64,000 nt of DNA, taken from positions 26,441-90,440 of the forward strand of contig CANSKS010000001.1 in NCBI GenBank assembly GCA_947647615.1. The letters run 5' to 3'. The DNA is from an uncultured Neglectibacter sp. GTDB lineage: Bacteria > Bacillota > Clostridia > Oscillospirales > Acutalibacteraceae. Shown here one piece after another: positions 34,566-44,305 of the stretch. Position numbers and translations under genes: made by a program. The notes under the pieces were generated by a model that searched no databases, was not told where the DNA came from, and worked only from the letters and a program-made list of their open reading frames with translations. Each line of letters begins with the position of its first letter. The first letter of the stretch is position 1.

Positions 34566-36600
34566 CGTACATCTGCTCCTCGTTTTGTTTCTTTGGCGCT
34601 ATAGTATCCACACAGAAAATCCCTACGGAATCCCCCTGCTTCAAGACCTGTTGAAAGCTGGCTTCGGCCCCATTGACCTCCAACCGCACAGGCCGGTCTA
34701 AATTTTGAAAATCCAATCCAGTATATTGTAAAAGATCCATCAGGTAATAAGGGGAGCCGTCTTCTTTCGCCGCCAGGGAAAGCTCCTTTTGGTTCAGGAA
34801 TATTTTCAAGTCCCCTTGTTTTGCTTTAGGTTCTTCTTCCGGCTCTTTCTTTTCCCGTTCCTTTTTTTCGGGTTCGCCCAATTCCAGCTTTTCCTGTTTT
34901 TCCTTTACCGGGGCAGTGGGCTTACTTTCTCCCCCTTTCTTTTGAAAAGCCTCGGAAAAGACCTCCTGCACAGGCTCTTTCCCCTTCTCGGGCTGAGGTT
35001 CTATGGGAAAAACACCCGGGCCTTCCAAGCTGAGCACCACATCTCCCTGGCGCAGGGCCGTGTTCAGGGAAGCTTCCTGGTTATTCACCAGCACCCGGCC
35101 TTTGAAATCGGCCCCCAAAACCTGGCGAAGGGTCTTGGAAGCAGACGCGCCCCCTTTGGCAGGAACAAAATCGATATTATCCCCTGCATGGACTACCGTA
35201 TTTAAAGAAGCGTCTTTTCCGTTCACCCGCAATACAGCCGGCACTGCAGGCTCTCCTCGGAAGGTCATTCGTCTTCCATCCAACGTAAAGGTCAGGTTTC
35301 TTCCGCTCCGGCCAATCATGTCGGAATAGACATAGCCATTCATCATTAAAATATCCTGCAAGGTGAGCACGCCGTTCCGGAAGAGCTTTGCCGGCCGGTG
35401 ATTCAGCTGCACCATATAACTGTCGTTCAAAAGCCCCATGCCGGCAGAAACTGCAATCCCCAAGGGCGTGGCATATTCCGGGTTATTTAAATCCATTTCT
35501 TCGGAAAACGCGCTGCGTGAAAAATTCACGCCTGCCAGGGCCACTCTCTTTTCCGCCATACCCAAAGTCTCGGCGACCTTTTCCCGCAGGCCAAAGAGCT
35601 TGCTGCCTCCTCCCGCCAAAAATACCGCCGAAGGCGGCCCGCCGTTTATTTCCTCTACCTGTTTGGCAATAGCCTTTGCCAAACCAGCCATGGGCTCCGC
35701 AATCACGCCGGAAACCTCTTTGGCAGGGGTAGTTTCGTCAAGGCCCAAGATGTTGGTGTAGGCAATTTCTTCCTTTTCCCCCAGGTCCCGCTTCATTTGT
35801 TCGGCCATCTGGAAGTCCACCAGAAAGCCCTGCATAATGGCTTCCGTGATTTCGTCTCCGGCCACAGTTGCCATCGTATAACCCACTACACTGCCGCCCT
35901 TACAAAGGGCAATGTCGGTAGTACCGGCACCAATGTCCACCAAAGCCAGGTTCAAAAGGCGGATATCGGCAGGAATTGCCGCGTTCATAGCAGCAATGGG
36001 TTCCAAAGTCATACTGGCTACCTGTAACCCCGCGTTATGCATAGCGGCATAAAGGCTTTCTACCACTTCTCCGGGCAGGAAGGTAGCAACCACATCTACC
36101 TCGGCCAAAGTGCCGTTATGGTGCAGCAAAGTGGCCATAGGGTAATGGTCCAGCCTGTATTGGGCCACCGTATACCCTACCAAAAAAAATTGCTTGTGCT
36201 CTGCTTCTTCCTGCTGCAGGGCAGCTTCTGCCACGCCCACCGCTCCGGCCTCCAGCTGGCTAATATTCCCTTGGTCTATGGGCTGCTCTCCGGAAAGCTC
36301 CAGGGTAAAGCTGCCGTTCCGGGTGCGCAGAGCTCTTCCCGCCGCAGCCACACAAACTCTTTCCAAATGAAGCTCCAGCCGGCTTTCCAAAGCTTTGGTC
36401 ACTGTTTTGGCCAGGGCCGCCACCTGGTTAATGTCGTCGATCTGGCCATCCAGCATCACCCGCTTCCCGTGCTCTGCGGTCTCAACAGCCAGCACTTGGA
36501 ACCGGCCTTCCACCGCCCTTCCCACAATTCCAACAATACTGCGGGTACCAATGTCCAAGGCGAAAATCAACTCGTTATCCTGCTGCTTTTGCTTTGCCAT
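34555..36600 (-). CDS. FtsA-like actin-fold ATPase with a long C-terminal extension
   Basis: 'IFALDIGTRSIVGIV', 'LALVDIGAGTTDIAL', 'ATVAGDEITEAI' and 'VFLAGGGSKLFGL'. The ORF-track TTG at 36630 is less likely than ATG 36600 (preceded by AAAGGAAGGA). The C-terminal ~280 aa contain three 'VNG..AS......L..GD' motifs and a Lys/Glu linker. Confidence 0.75.
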   Translation of the reverse strand: MAKQKQQDNELIFALDIGTRSIVGIVGRAVEGRFQVLAVETAEHGKRVMLDGQIDDINQVAALAKTVTKALESRLELHLERVCVAAAGRALRTRNGSFTLELSGEQPIDQGNISQLEAGAVGVAEAALQQEEAEHKQFFLVGYTVAQYRLDHYPMATLLHHNGTLAEVDVVATFLPGEVVESLYAAMHNAGLQVASMTLEPIAAMNAAIPADIRLLNLALVDIGAGTTDIALCKGGSVVGYTMATVAGDEITEAIMQGFLVDFQMAEQMKRDLGEKEEIAYTNILGLDETTPAKEVSGVIAEPMAGLAKAIAKQVEEINGGPPSAVFLAGGGSKLFGLREKVAETLGMAEKRVALAGVNFSRSAFSEEMDLNNPEYATPLGIAVSAGMGLLNDSYMVQLNHRPAKLFRNGVLTLQDILMMNGYVYSDMIGRSGRNLTFTLDGRRMTFRGEPAVPAVLRVNGKDASLNTVVHAGDNIDFVPAKGGASASKTLRQVLGADFKGRVLVNNQEASLNTALRQGDVVLSLEGPGVFPIEPQPEKGKEPVQEVFSEAFQKKGGESKPTAPVKEKQEKLELGEPEKKEREKKEPEEEPKAKQGDLKIFLNQKELSLAAKEDGSPYYLMDLLQYTGLDFQNLDRPVRLEVNGAEASFQQVLKQGDSVGIFCVDTIAPKKQNEEQMYVEE

Positions 36601-36790
36601 ATGGATGCCATTCCTTCCTTTACTCCTCAAGTGCTTTTTCCAAGCCTTTTACTGGGGCCACAGCCCTTTCCTCTCTTCCGGCGCCCCGTAAGTACGTTTA
36701 AAACTTGTAGAACCGCAAAATGCCAGAAAGCGGTTTTTCCACCTTCTGACATTTTGCCGCTGTACTACTTTCTTCTGAAAAAGGGAACCT

Positions 36791-36824
36791 CTTCCGGGCC
36801 GGAACAAAATGCCCGACCCGGAAG
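36791..36824 (-). terminator. Hairpin terminator candidate after the MCP gene
   Basis: CTTCCGGG (36791-36798) / CCCGGAAG (36817-36824). On the minus strand it is followed by a T-rich stretch (complement of 36777-36785). Confidence 0.4.
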
Positions 36825-36844
36825 GTGTAACCCCAATTTATGGT

Positions 36845-38653
36845 TTAATATTTGCTAAAGGAGCTTGCTCCATTGCTACTGCCGCCATAAGAATTATCTT
36901 CCGGCATAGAAGCTCCGCCATAAGAATAATCTTCCGCAGGCGCGCCGTAGCTGCCGGACTGAGTGCCGTCGGCCGCACGCAGTTTGAACTTGCGAAGGAG
37001 TTCCTTCATCAGGCTGGCCTGGCTGGACAACTGCTCGCTGGCAGCAGCCGATTCCTCACTGGTAGCGGAGTTGGTTTGTACCACAGAAGAGATCTGGTCA
37101 ATACCTTCGGTGACCTGAGAAATGCTCTCCGCTTCGCCTTCCACAGCTTCGACGATTTCTCTGGTACCATCCATGGCTTTTCCAGCAAGCTGCATGGTCT
37201 GGTTCAGAGCCTCGGTGACGCGGCTCGCGATTTCATTGCCTTCCCGTACGGAAGTCACGGAGTTCTCAATAAGCTCCTTGGTTGCCTTAGCAGCCTGGTC
37301 GGACTTGGAAGCCAGGTTGCGCACTTCGTCGGCCACCACTGCGAAGCCCTTGCCAGCAGTACCGGCTCTGGCTGCCTCCACAGCGGCATTCAGGGCCAGA
37401 ATATTGGTCTGGAACGCGATGTCTTCAATGGTAGCAATAATCTTGCCAATCTCTTCGGAAGACTTGGAAATCTTGTTCATGGCATGAGCCATTTCATCCA
37501 TATGCTGGGAGCTCTTCTTTACCTGCTCGCCGGCATCCAGAGAATCCTGCAGGGACTGAGCACTGCTCTTGGCATTCTTTTGAGCGTTGGTAGAAATTTC
37601 GTTGATGGTAGCGGAAAGCTGCTCCACTGCGCTGGCCTGCTCGGTAGCGCCCTGTGCCAAGGCCTGAGCACCGGTAGAGACCTGATCGGCGCCAGCAGAG
37701 ACCTGTTCGGAGCTCTGGGCAATCTGCATCAGGGTATCGCTGAGGTTATGGTTGATCCCACGAATGGAGGTCAGCACGCTGCTCAAAGCGCCTACGTATT
37801 TATCGGTAGCACGGCTGCGCACATCGAAGTTGCCGCTGGCCATTTCTTCCAGCAAGTAGCAGATGTCTTGAATGACATCGTTAAGTACTTCCTGGCTGGT
37901 ACGCAAAGAAGCACACATTTCGCCCAGCTCGTTCTTGCTTTCAAAGTGGACCGGAATATCCAGCTTGCCTTGGCTGTAGCCCACCAAAGCAGTACGTACT
38001 TCCTCTACAGGCTTCGTGATGTTCTTGATGATCCGGAGGATCAAAACGAACAACAAAAGCACGGTCAAAACAAGTACGCCTACAATAGCGAAAATAGAAA
38101 TTGTCACGATGTTTTCCTGCTGCTTCAGAACGTTATTCTGGTGCTGGGTAATTTCGCTTTGCAGCACACCGGCAGCCGCATCTACATTTGCCAAAGCGGG
38201 GGTGCACTCGTTTTGAATCATATCAATAGCCTCTTCCTGTTGACCGCCCAGAGCTTTTTCCCTTATTTCGGGAACTACAGCACCCCATTCGGTCACAGCG
38301 GCGATATAGTCGTCTATGGGCTTGGAATCTCCAAGAACGTTCAGATCTTTCAATTCCTGAATATAAGGGGTAAGATTATTCAAGGCGCTGTCCAGCTTGG
38401 ATGTGGTTTCCCCTACAGTTTTAGCTTCAGGGTCAAGGGCCACCTCTCTGAGGCAACGGGCCGCAATATTCACCTCTAAGCGGCAGGTTCTGACAAGTGT
38501 GCTGGAATGGATGTCGGTGTCAATGATGTCCTGGTAGCTTTGAGCCTGGGTGGACATGATGACCAGAGATGCCACGACAATGATAACACTTACCAGAATC
38601 GCGATGCCAAAACCCATAATGAGACTCATCTTGACTTTCATGTTTTTGAGCAT
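36845..38653 (-). CDS. Methyl-accepting chemotaxis protein
   Basis: 602 aa. N-terminal TM, periplasmic/extracellular helical sensor, second TM, HAMP. Signalling tip '[40 protein letters not shown]'. Confidence 0.9.
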   Translation of the reverse strand: MLKNMKVKMSLIMGFGIAILVSVIIVVASLVIMSTQAQSYQDIIDTDIHSSTLVRTCRLEVNIAARCLREVALDPEAKTVGETTSKLDSALNNLTPYIQELKDLNVLGDSKPIDDYIAAVTEWGAVVPEIREKALGGQQEEAIDMIQNECTPALANVDAAAGVLQSEITQHQNNVLKQQENIVTISIFAIVGVLVLTVLLLFVLILRIIKNITKPVEEVRTALVGYSQGKLDIPVHFESKNELGEMCASLRTSQEVLNDVIQDICYLLEEMASGNFDVRSRATDKYVGALSSVLTSIRGINHNLSDTLMQIAQSSEQVSAGADQVSTGAQALAQGATEQASAVEQLSATINEISTNAQKNAKSSAQSLQDSLDAGEQVKKSSQHMDEMAHAMNKISKSSEEIGKIIATIEDIAFQTNILALNAAVEAARAGTAGKGFAVVADEVRNLASKSDQAAKATKELIENSVTSVREGNEIASRVTEALNQTMQLAGKAMDGTREIVEAVEGEAESISQVTEGIDQISSVVQTNSATSEESAAASEQLSSQASLMKELLRKFKLRAADGTQSGSYGAPAEDYSYGGASMPEDNSYGGSSNGASSFSKY

Positions 38654-38743
38654 GATACGCTCCTCCTTATTTTTCTTGTTTTGGTGGACTTATCTATAAG
38701 ATTAATCGGTTTCATGGCGTTTCCCTCCCTTTCAAAGGAGAAA

Positions 38744-39457
38744 TCATACCACTTCCCCGTATCTTCCTCTTTTTACATCGCCAAAAATGCGCCCGTCTAC
38801 AATGGTGATTACCCTGCGCCGCATAATATTCACATACTCGCTGGCGTGGGTGGCCATCACTACTGTGGTGCCTTTCCGGTTTATCACATCCAACAAATGC
38901 AGGATATCCCAAATATTGTCGTCGTCTAAATTGGCGGTAATCTCATCCAGAAGTAAGATCGGCGGGCTGTTGATCATGGCCCTGGCCAATTCAATTCGCC
39001 GGCACTCCCCACTGGAAAGTTCCACCGGGTACCGCTTCTCATACCCCCACATCCCCACAAGGCCCAGCACCTTGTGGATTCGCGCCTTTACCATCCTTCT
39101 GGATTCCGGGCGAATTGCAACTCCTATCATAGCGGCAAGCTCCAAATTTTCCTCTACAGTCTGCTTACGTACAAGGCTCGGTTCCTGCCACACCTGGCCG
39201 AACTTCAATGCCACCCTGTGCCTTCGCCATCTGGGTACCCTGCCTACATCAATATGGTCCAAGAAGACATGCCCTCTATCCGGTTTGATATTCCCCGACA
39301 TCAGCCTTAGAAGGGTGCTTTTCCCTGCGCCGCTGCTGCCGGTAAGAAACACAAAATCACCTTGTTCGATTGTCAGGTTTATCTCCCGCACCGCCGATTC
39401 TGTGCGGCCTTCTGCGCGGTAAAATTTCGACACATCTTGAAAAAGGATAGTGGGCAT
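38744..39457 (-). CDS. FtsE-like ABC ATP-binding protein (no adjacent permease)
   Basis: Walker A 'GSSGAGKST', signature 'LSSGECRRIELARA', Walker B 'ILLLDEITANLD'. Overall FtsE-like N-terminus 'ILFQDVSKFY'. Confidence 0.8.
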   Translation of the reverse strand: MPTILFQDVSKFYRAEGRTESAVREINLTIEQGDFVFLTGSSGAGKSTLLRLMSGNIKPDRGHVFLDHIDVGRVPRWRRHRVALKFGQVWQEPSLVRKQTVEENLELAAMIGVAIRPESRRMVKARIHKVLGLVGMWGYEKRYPVELSSGECRRIELARAMINSPPILLLDEITANLDDDNIWDILHLLDVINRKGTTVVMATHASEYVNIMRRRVITIVDGRIFGDVKRGRYGEVV

Positions 39458-39754
39458 AATCGACTCCTCAACGTGACCTTGAGATTCATGGGAATAGGGC
39501 GTTTATTTTCTGCCCATTTGCAAACTACCACAAGTTTGCTATAATAACTACATTGTTTGATAATCTACTCAAACAGGAAGAACGGCCTTTCCACCACTAA
39601 CGAGGAATAAGCTTTCTACAATGGAAGTTCTTGATTCCGATGCTTTACTAAAGCATTGATTGATCATTATAAAAACTATAGCAAACCAAAATTAAATTTG
39701 CAATATAAATTTCAATCAAATTTTTGGAATATATACTTATCTGGGAGCGCCTCT

Positions 39755-40693
39755 ATGAAACAAAAGAAAATCCATAACAATCGAAAAAGGAATCTCGCAC
39801 TTCTAGTTTTTCTGGCCGTAATTTGCATTGGCGGCGCGGAGCTTGTTGCCTGCCGTTTTTTTGAACCTGCCCTTTACCAGAAGATCACCGCTCCGCTTCG
39901 CCAGGGCCTTTCTGCGCTGGGAGCTTTTGGGAAAAACCTGTGGGATTCAGCCGGGGAGCTTTTGACCCCCGTCTCCACGCCTGCGCCCCTGTCCAGCGCG
40001 CCTCCCGAGGAAAAACCGGCTTCCGCAGAAGCATCTGATCTCCTAGAAGAATGGGAACCACAGCTGGCTGGGGACCCTGTCCTGGAAAACACTTTTCCCT
40101 TGGTGGATCCAGCTATTACGGAATTAAAGACAGAAGGCAACCAGCAAATCCTGGTGGGCAATGGATTCCCCACTGTTTATTACAACCAGAAAGATCCACG
40201 CTGGGCCGATCTCCCCTACGGAACCGATGATATTGGCGGTTACGGTTGCGGACCTACCGCCATGGCCATGGTAATTTCCAGTATGACCAATACCACCATC
40301 GATCCGCCCGCTATGGCACAATGGGCCTATGAAAACGGCTATTGGGCTAGTGAAAGCGGTACTTACCATGCTTTTATCCCGGAATGTGCAGAAGCCTTTG
40401 GATTAAAAGCGAAGTCCTTTTCTTCCCGAGATGCCGAAAGCCTCCAGGATGCACTTCTTTCCGGAAACCTGTTGGTGGCTCTCATGGGGCCAGGACATTT
40501 CACACAGGGAGGCCATTTTATCGTTCTTCGAGGCACCGCCCTCAGCGGTGAAATTCTAGTGGCCGACCCCAACAGCACAGAACGCAGCCTTACCGCCTGG
40601 GACCCACAGATCATTTTTGACGAAGCTCTTTCCTCTGCCGCCCACGGAGGACCTTTATGGCTCATTTCAAAACTGGAAGCCGGCATAGGGTGA
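39755..40693 (+). CDS. Membrane-anchored C39-like (papain-fold) cysteine peptidase domain protein
   Basis: N-terminal TM 'LALLVFLAVICIGGAELVA'. 'YYNQKDPRWADLPYGTDDIGGYGCGPTAMAMVISS' (catalytic Cys) and 'GHFIVLRG' (His). ATG 39755 follows GGGAG. The ORF track starts at 39656. Confidence 0.7.
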   Translation: MKQKKIHNNRKRNLALLVFLAVICIGGAELVACRFFEPALYQKITAPLRQGLSALGAFGKNLWDSAGELLTPVSTPAPLSSAPPEEKPASAEASDLLEEWEPQLAGDPVLENTFPLVDPAITELKTEGNQQILVGNGFPTVYYNQKDPRWADLPYGTDDIGGYGCGPTAMAMVISSMTNTTIDPPAMAQWAYENGYWASESGTYHAFIPECAEAFGLKAKSFSSRDAESLQDALLSGNLLVALMGPGHFTQGGHFIVLRGTALSGEILVADPNSTERSLTAWDPQIIFDEALSSAAHGGPLWLISKLEAGIG

Positions 40694-40723
40694 AATCCGT
40701 AGTAAAAAGGATTTCCAGACGCT

Positions 40724-40766
40724 CGAACATCGGCCATACCCAAACGTGGCCGATGTTCGTCTTTTA
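40724..40766. terminator. Strong hairpin terminator between the convergent peptidase and fliT-like genes
   Basis: Perfect 13-bp stem CGAACATCGGCCA (40724-40736) / TGGCCGATGTTCG (40747-40759), followed by TCTTTTA. Confidence 0.7.
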
Positions 40767-41150
40767 TCCTACTTTTTTACTCCCGGAGATCTTTTGATTC
40801 AGCACCTTGTCAAGAGCACAAATTCGCTCCAAAATTCGCTTATTGGCAGCCAGCCTTTCCGCCAGCATCTCTTCAAAGGTGTCTTGAGGCCTTCCACCAT
40901 TGAGCAAGCTTACCAAGTGCTCGCGCTCTTCCGGGTCGGCGATGGAGTCCCGCTGTTCCCGCAGGGCTTGATCTGCCAGCTGAAGCTTATTGATGGGATC
41001 TGCCCGCATACCAATCACAAGATTGACAGAAACCTGGTCGTTCCTATCTATGGCCTCGGCCAGTTGCTGGGTACAATCCATCACCTCATCCAGCAGGTTT
41101 CCCATACGCTTCACCTGTACCAAAGCATTCATCAGCAATTCCTGGTTCAT
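40764..41150 (-). CDS. Small helical protein in the FliT position (fliD-fliS-fliT)
   Basis: 128 aa, predicted all-helical, immediately downstream of fliS. Assigned by position only. Confidence 0.4.
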   Translation of the reverse strand: MNQELLMNALVQVKRMGNLLDEVMDCTQQLAEAIDRNDQVSVNLVIGMRADPINKLQLADQALREQRDSIADPEEREHLVSLLNGGRPQDTFEEMLAERLAANKRILERICALDKVLNQKISGSKKVG

Positions 41151-41157
41151 GAAATTC

Positions 41158-41535
41158 TCACTTTCCCGAATCGTTATCTTTTTGTGCGGTCCGGAAAGAA
41201 TCCCGCAGCTCTGAAACCATCCCCTTGACTCTGGTCAATTCGGTTTTGTTCCTGCCTAATTTGACCCGGCTTAATTCATAACAAAAGTATTCATAAAGCC
41301 GACTTAGATTGGCGCTGATCTCGTATTGCATATCCAGGGTATCTTCCAAATAGTGAATGATATCCAGGCTATGTTCCACGGAAGCTTCCAAAAGCTCATA
41401 ATTTTCTTTATCCAGCGCCAAATCGGCCCTCGTCAAATGCTTTACCAATTCGTCATACAGTAACAGGAGAAGCTCTCCCTGGGTCATGGTATTGATAGAC
41501 TGTTCCTTGTACTGGTGGAACCCCTTGCTTTCCAT
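41158..41535 (-). CDS. fliS: Flagellin-specific export chaperone FliS
   Basis: 125 aa. 'YKEQSINTMTQGELLLLLYDELVKHL' and 'IIHYLEDTLD...ISANLSRLYEYF' are typical FliS motifs. Confidence 0.9.
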   Translation of the reverse strand: MESKGFHQYKEQSINTMTQGELLLLLYDELVKHLTRADLALDKENYELLEASVEHSLDIIHYLEDTLDMQYEISANLSRLYEYFCYELSRVKLGRNKTELTRVKGMVSELRDSFRTAQKDNDSGK

Positions 41536-41578
41536 GTTTTCCGGCTCCTTTTCCCTGACCCTTCATGAAAGGGATCTT

Positions 41579-44062
41579 TTAATAACTGTTTCCCATGAAC
41601 CCAGCCAATGCGGAACTCTGGGAATTCATTTCGTTAATCAGCTTTTCCAGTTGTGTGAACTGCCGGGTATAACGGTCAATCTGATCTGTAAGCTTGGTTT
41701 CCCATTTCTCAATTTGCGTATCAAAGTTATCCAGCAATTTTTGAATGGTGTTGTCGTTCAAGGTGGCCGGAGCCTTTACAGAGCCGGCCCTGTCTACCAA
41801 AGTACCTTTTGTACCCGTAACGGAACCAAAACGGTCCAAGGTGGTTTTCAAAGACTGCACCAAGCCATCAGATTTGGCCCCGTTAGATACCGTCTTGGTG
41901 AAGGCTTCCTTCACGCCGTCGGGATCGCTTTCTAAAGCGGAACGCAAAGCGTCTTCATCCAGCGAAAGAGTGGTAAGGCCATCGCTGTAAGAAGTGGAAA
42001 TGCCCATCTCCCGCAGAGCCGCACCGTCTTTTCCGCCATTGGAAATCGATTGTGTCAGCTGTTCATAAAGACTTCTCAGGTCGCGGTCGGCAAACAGAAT
42101 GCCCTGCTTTGCCTTTTCCTCATATTCCTTAATGGTCGATTCCGACATGCCCTCCTTATCCTCATCGGTAAGGGGCTCATAGCGGCTATGGTTGGAGCGC
42201 TCTGCCGGCATAGTGGAATAGGCGTTCTTAATCTCTGTCACCATTTCGTTATAATCGGTAACAAAGCTCTTAATGGCGTCTACGATCTTATCGGAATCGG
42301 AATAAGCTTCAAAGGTAACAGCATCTTCGCTGCCCGCGGCGGTTTTTAGATTGTCTCCCTCATACCCAAAACTTCCCTTCAGCTTCATGGTAAGGCCGTC
42401 TACATCAAAGGAGTTGGAGCTCCGGGTGATATCTTTATACTCTTTTCCATTTACTGTCATGCTGAAAATGGCGTCCTGACCCGCTGTGCTTTGGCCCTTG
42501 GCATCCTTGCCTTCAGCCTTCGCCGTGCCGTTTCCAAAGAGCACCTGAGCCAAGCCGTCGCCGAACTCCACCTTGCCGGCAGTGCCGGAATCGGTAGCTT
42601 CGAACTGGAATTGGTTGGTAGTTTTGGAATAGGTGACCTTTACGCCCGCTTCGCTGTTGTTGTTTACACCCAGCATCACGGTTTCCAAAGCGGTGTTCTT
42701 GGAATAATTTCCCACCGATACATCGTTGATTTTGAAGTCGTACAGGAAGTCGCCCTTATCGTCTACCCGGAAATAATTGCCCGCCTCGTCCGCGGCTACC
42801 CGGTTGCCTTTTTCATCTACATAATGGCTGATCTCCTCGCCATTTTTCACGGCGGTAACCTTGCCCTCCGCCGCCAGCTTATCCATGTCATCCCAAATGT
42901 TCTCATCCAGCAGATCGCCCAGCTTTTTGCCCACATCCAGATAAGTAGAAGCAAACTTATCCAAACCCATAACTTTGGTAGCGTCTCCGGAAATGCCCAT
43001 AGTAGAGCCCTTCTGGGTCTCAAAATTCAGCTGCAGCTGGCCGCTATCTTCGGCCTTGTTGGCAACCTTAATCTTTCCCGTTCCAAAGGCTTTGTCCAGC
43101 TCTTTTTGAAGCCCGCTCACCACATCCTCCGGCTTGGAGTTTTCCTCCAGCTTCGGCATCTTAATGGTTTTGGTTACACCATCCAGGGTGAAAGTGAGTT
43201 CCTGTTCGGAAAGCACTTCGCTCCGCTTATCGGTATTATATAGCTGATCGTCGGACTTTACCCGAATGAAGTCCGCCTTGGCGTTGGAATCCACCCCAAA
43301 GGTATCTTTCAAATCGCCGGCGGCAGCCTTTACATAAACGGAGTTTCCGGCTCCCTGCTTGTCGCTGAACCGGATGACACCATCATCATCCATTTTCACA
43401 TCGATCATGGTATTGGCCTTCACGGTCTCGCCGTTGCTCTTGGTCACGTCGATCTCGCTCAGCTTTTCTACAATAGCATCCTTGAACTCTTGGGCATTGT
43501 TGTAAACCGTATCGTCAAAGCTCAGGTTAATGGTGCGGTTTCCGCCATAGGCAATAGACAGCGTCCCGTTTGTGGCGCTGCTCTTATAATCTTCATCTAG
43601 GCGAACCGCATCACCGGAAATAGCGGCTTCGGCTCCATTCCCCCGGAAAGCCAGTCCGTCCAAGGTGTACCGGGCGGAAGTCGCAAGCTGCTTTACTCCC
43701 AACACCTGTATGTTGCTGGAAGTCCTTCCGCTGGCCGAGATCTTATCGGCGTTGTTTCCAACTGTGTTCACCTTTACCGCATTGTTAAAGAAGCTTCCGC
43801 TGAGCAGGTTGGTACTAGAAGCATAAGAAGTATATTTCTGGGTAAAATTGGCCATCTTATCGATGATACTGCGCAGTGCTGTTTGCTCCCATACCTTCTT
43901 TGTACGCTTTTGCTCTAACTGGGAAACCTTTAGCTTAATGCCAGAGACTGCATTTTCGATCAGCGATTCCGTATCAATGCCGCTGGCAAGTCCGCTAATC
44001 ACGTTTCTGTTGCCGTAAATGCTACTGGTCGAATTGCTGCTTACACCATTGATAGACGCCAT
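41579..44062 (-). CDS. fliD: Flagellar filament cap protein FliD
   Basis: N-terminal 'ISGLASGIDTESLIENAV...KLKVSQLEQK' and C-terminal 'IDRYTRQFTQLEKLINEMNSQSSAL'. ATG 44062 follows GAGGAG. The ORF-track start at 44080 is a TTG inside the SD. Confidence 0.9.
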   Translation of the reverse strand: MASINGVSSNSTSSIYGNRNVISGLASGIDTESLIENAVSGIKLKVSQLEQKRTKKVWEQTALRSIIDKMANFTQKYTSYASSTNLLSGSFFNNAVKVNTVGNNADKISASGRTSSNIQVLGVKQLATSARYTLDGLAFRGNGAEAAISGDAVRLDEDYKSSATNGTLSIAYGGNRTINLSFDDTVYNNAQEFKDAIVEKLSEIDVTKSNGETVKANTMIDVKMDDDGVIRFSDKQGAGNSVYVKAAAGDLKDTFGVDSNAKADFIRVKSDDQLYNTDKRSEVLSEQELTFTLDGVTKTIKMPKLEENSKPEDVVSGLQKELDKAFGTGKIKVANKAEDSGQLQLNFETQKGSTMGISGDATKVMGLDKFASTYLDVGKKLGDLLDENIWDDMDKLAAEGKVTAVKNGEEISHYVDEKGNRVAADEAGNYFRVDDKGDFLYDFKINDVSVGNYSKNTALETVMLGVNNNSEAGVKVTYSKTTNQFQFEATDSGTAGKVEFGDGLAQVLFGNGTAKAEGKDAKGQSTAGQDAIFSMTVNGKEYKDITRSSNSFDVDGLTMKLKGSFGYEGDNLKTAAGSEDAVTFEAYSDSDKIVDAIKSFVTDYNEMVTEIKNAYSTMPAERSNHSRYEPLTDEDKEGMSESTIKEYEEKAKQGILFADRDLRSLYEQLTQSISNGGKDGAALREMGISTSYSDGLTTLSLDEDALRSALESDPDGVKEAFTKTVSNGAKSDGLVQSLKTTLDRFGSVTGTKGTLVDRAGSVKAPATLNDNTIQKLLDNFDTQIEKWETKLTDQIDRYTRQFTQLEKLINEMNSQSSALAGFMGNSY

Positions 44063-44238
44063 AATAAACACTCCTCGCAAAATAAAGTAGTAGTGATTCT
44101 TGTCCTTTCCTCAAGGACTTCCAGGATAAAAAGCGATGGTAAAAAAACCATTTTTCATCACTTTTTTGCTTTTGAGAAATTCTATTTCTTTTTTCCTCTC
44201 AGGAAAACGTATTTTTTTTGTTTTTCCTCTGTATTTTT

Positions 44239-44266
44239 TTATCGACATATAGTATCATTAACTTAA
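44239..44266 (-). promoter_or_regulatory. Sigma-28 (SigD/FliA)-type promoter candidate for fliD-fliS-fliT
   Basis: The minus strand reads CTTAA-N16-GTCGATAA (TTAA at 44263-44266; GTCGATAA is the complement of 44239-44246), ~175 nt upstream of the fliD ATG. Confidence 0.55.
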
Positions 44267-44305
44267 GAGGTTACTTCCAGTTTTTGTTTTAGGAGGATAC
44301 TGTTT

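Noticed and set aside
36809-38479. 556-aa plus-strand ORF opposite the MCP gene, and the 273-aa ORF at 36037-36858 opposite the FtsA-like gene.
   Set aside because: The sense strands encode canonical MCP and FtsA motifs. The antisense translations are low complexity with no SD.
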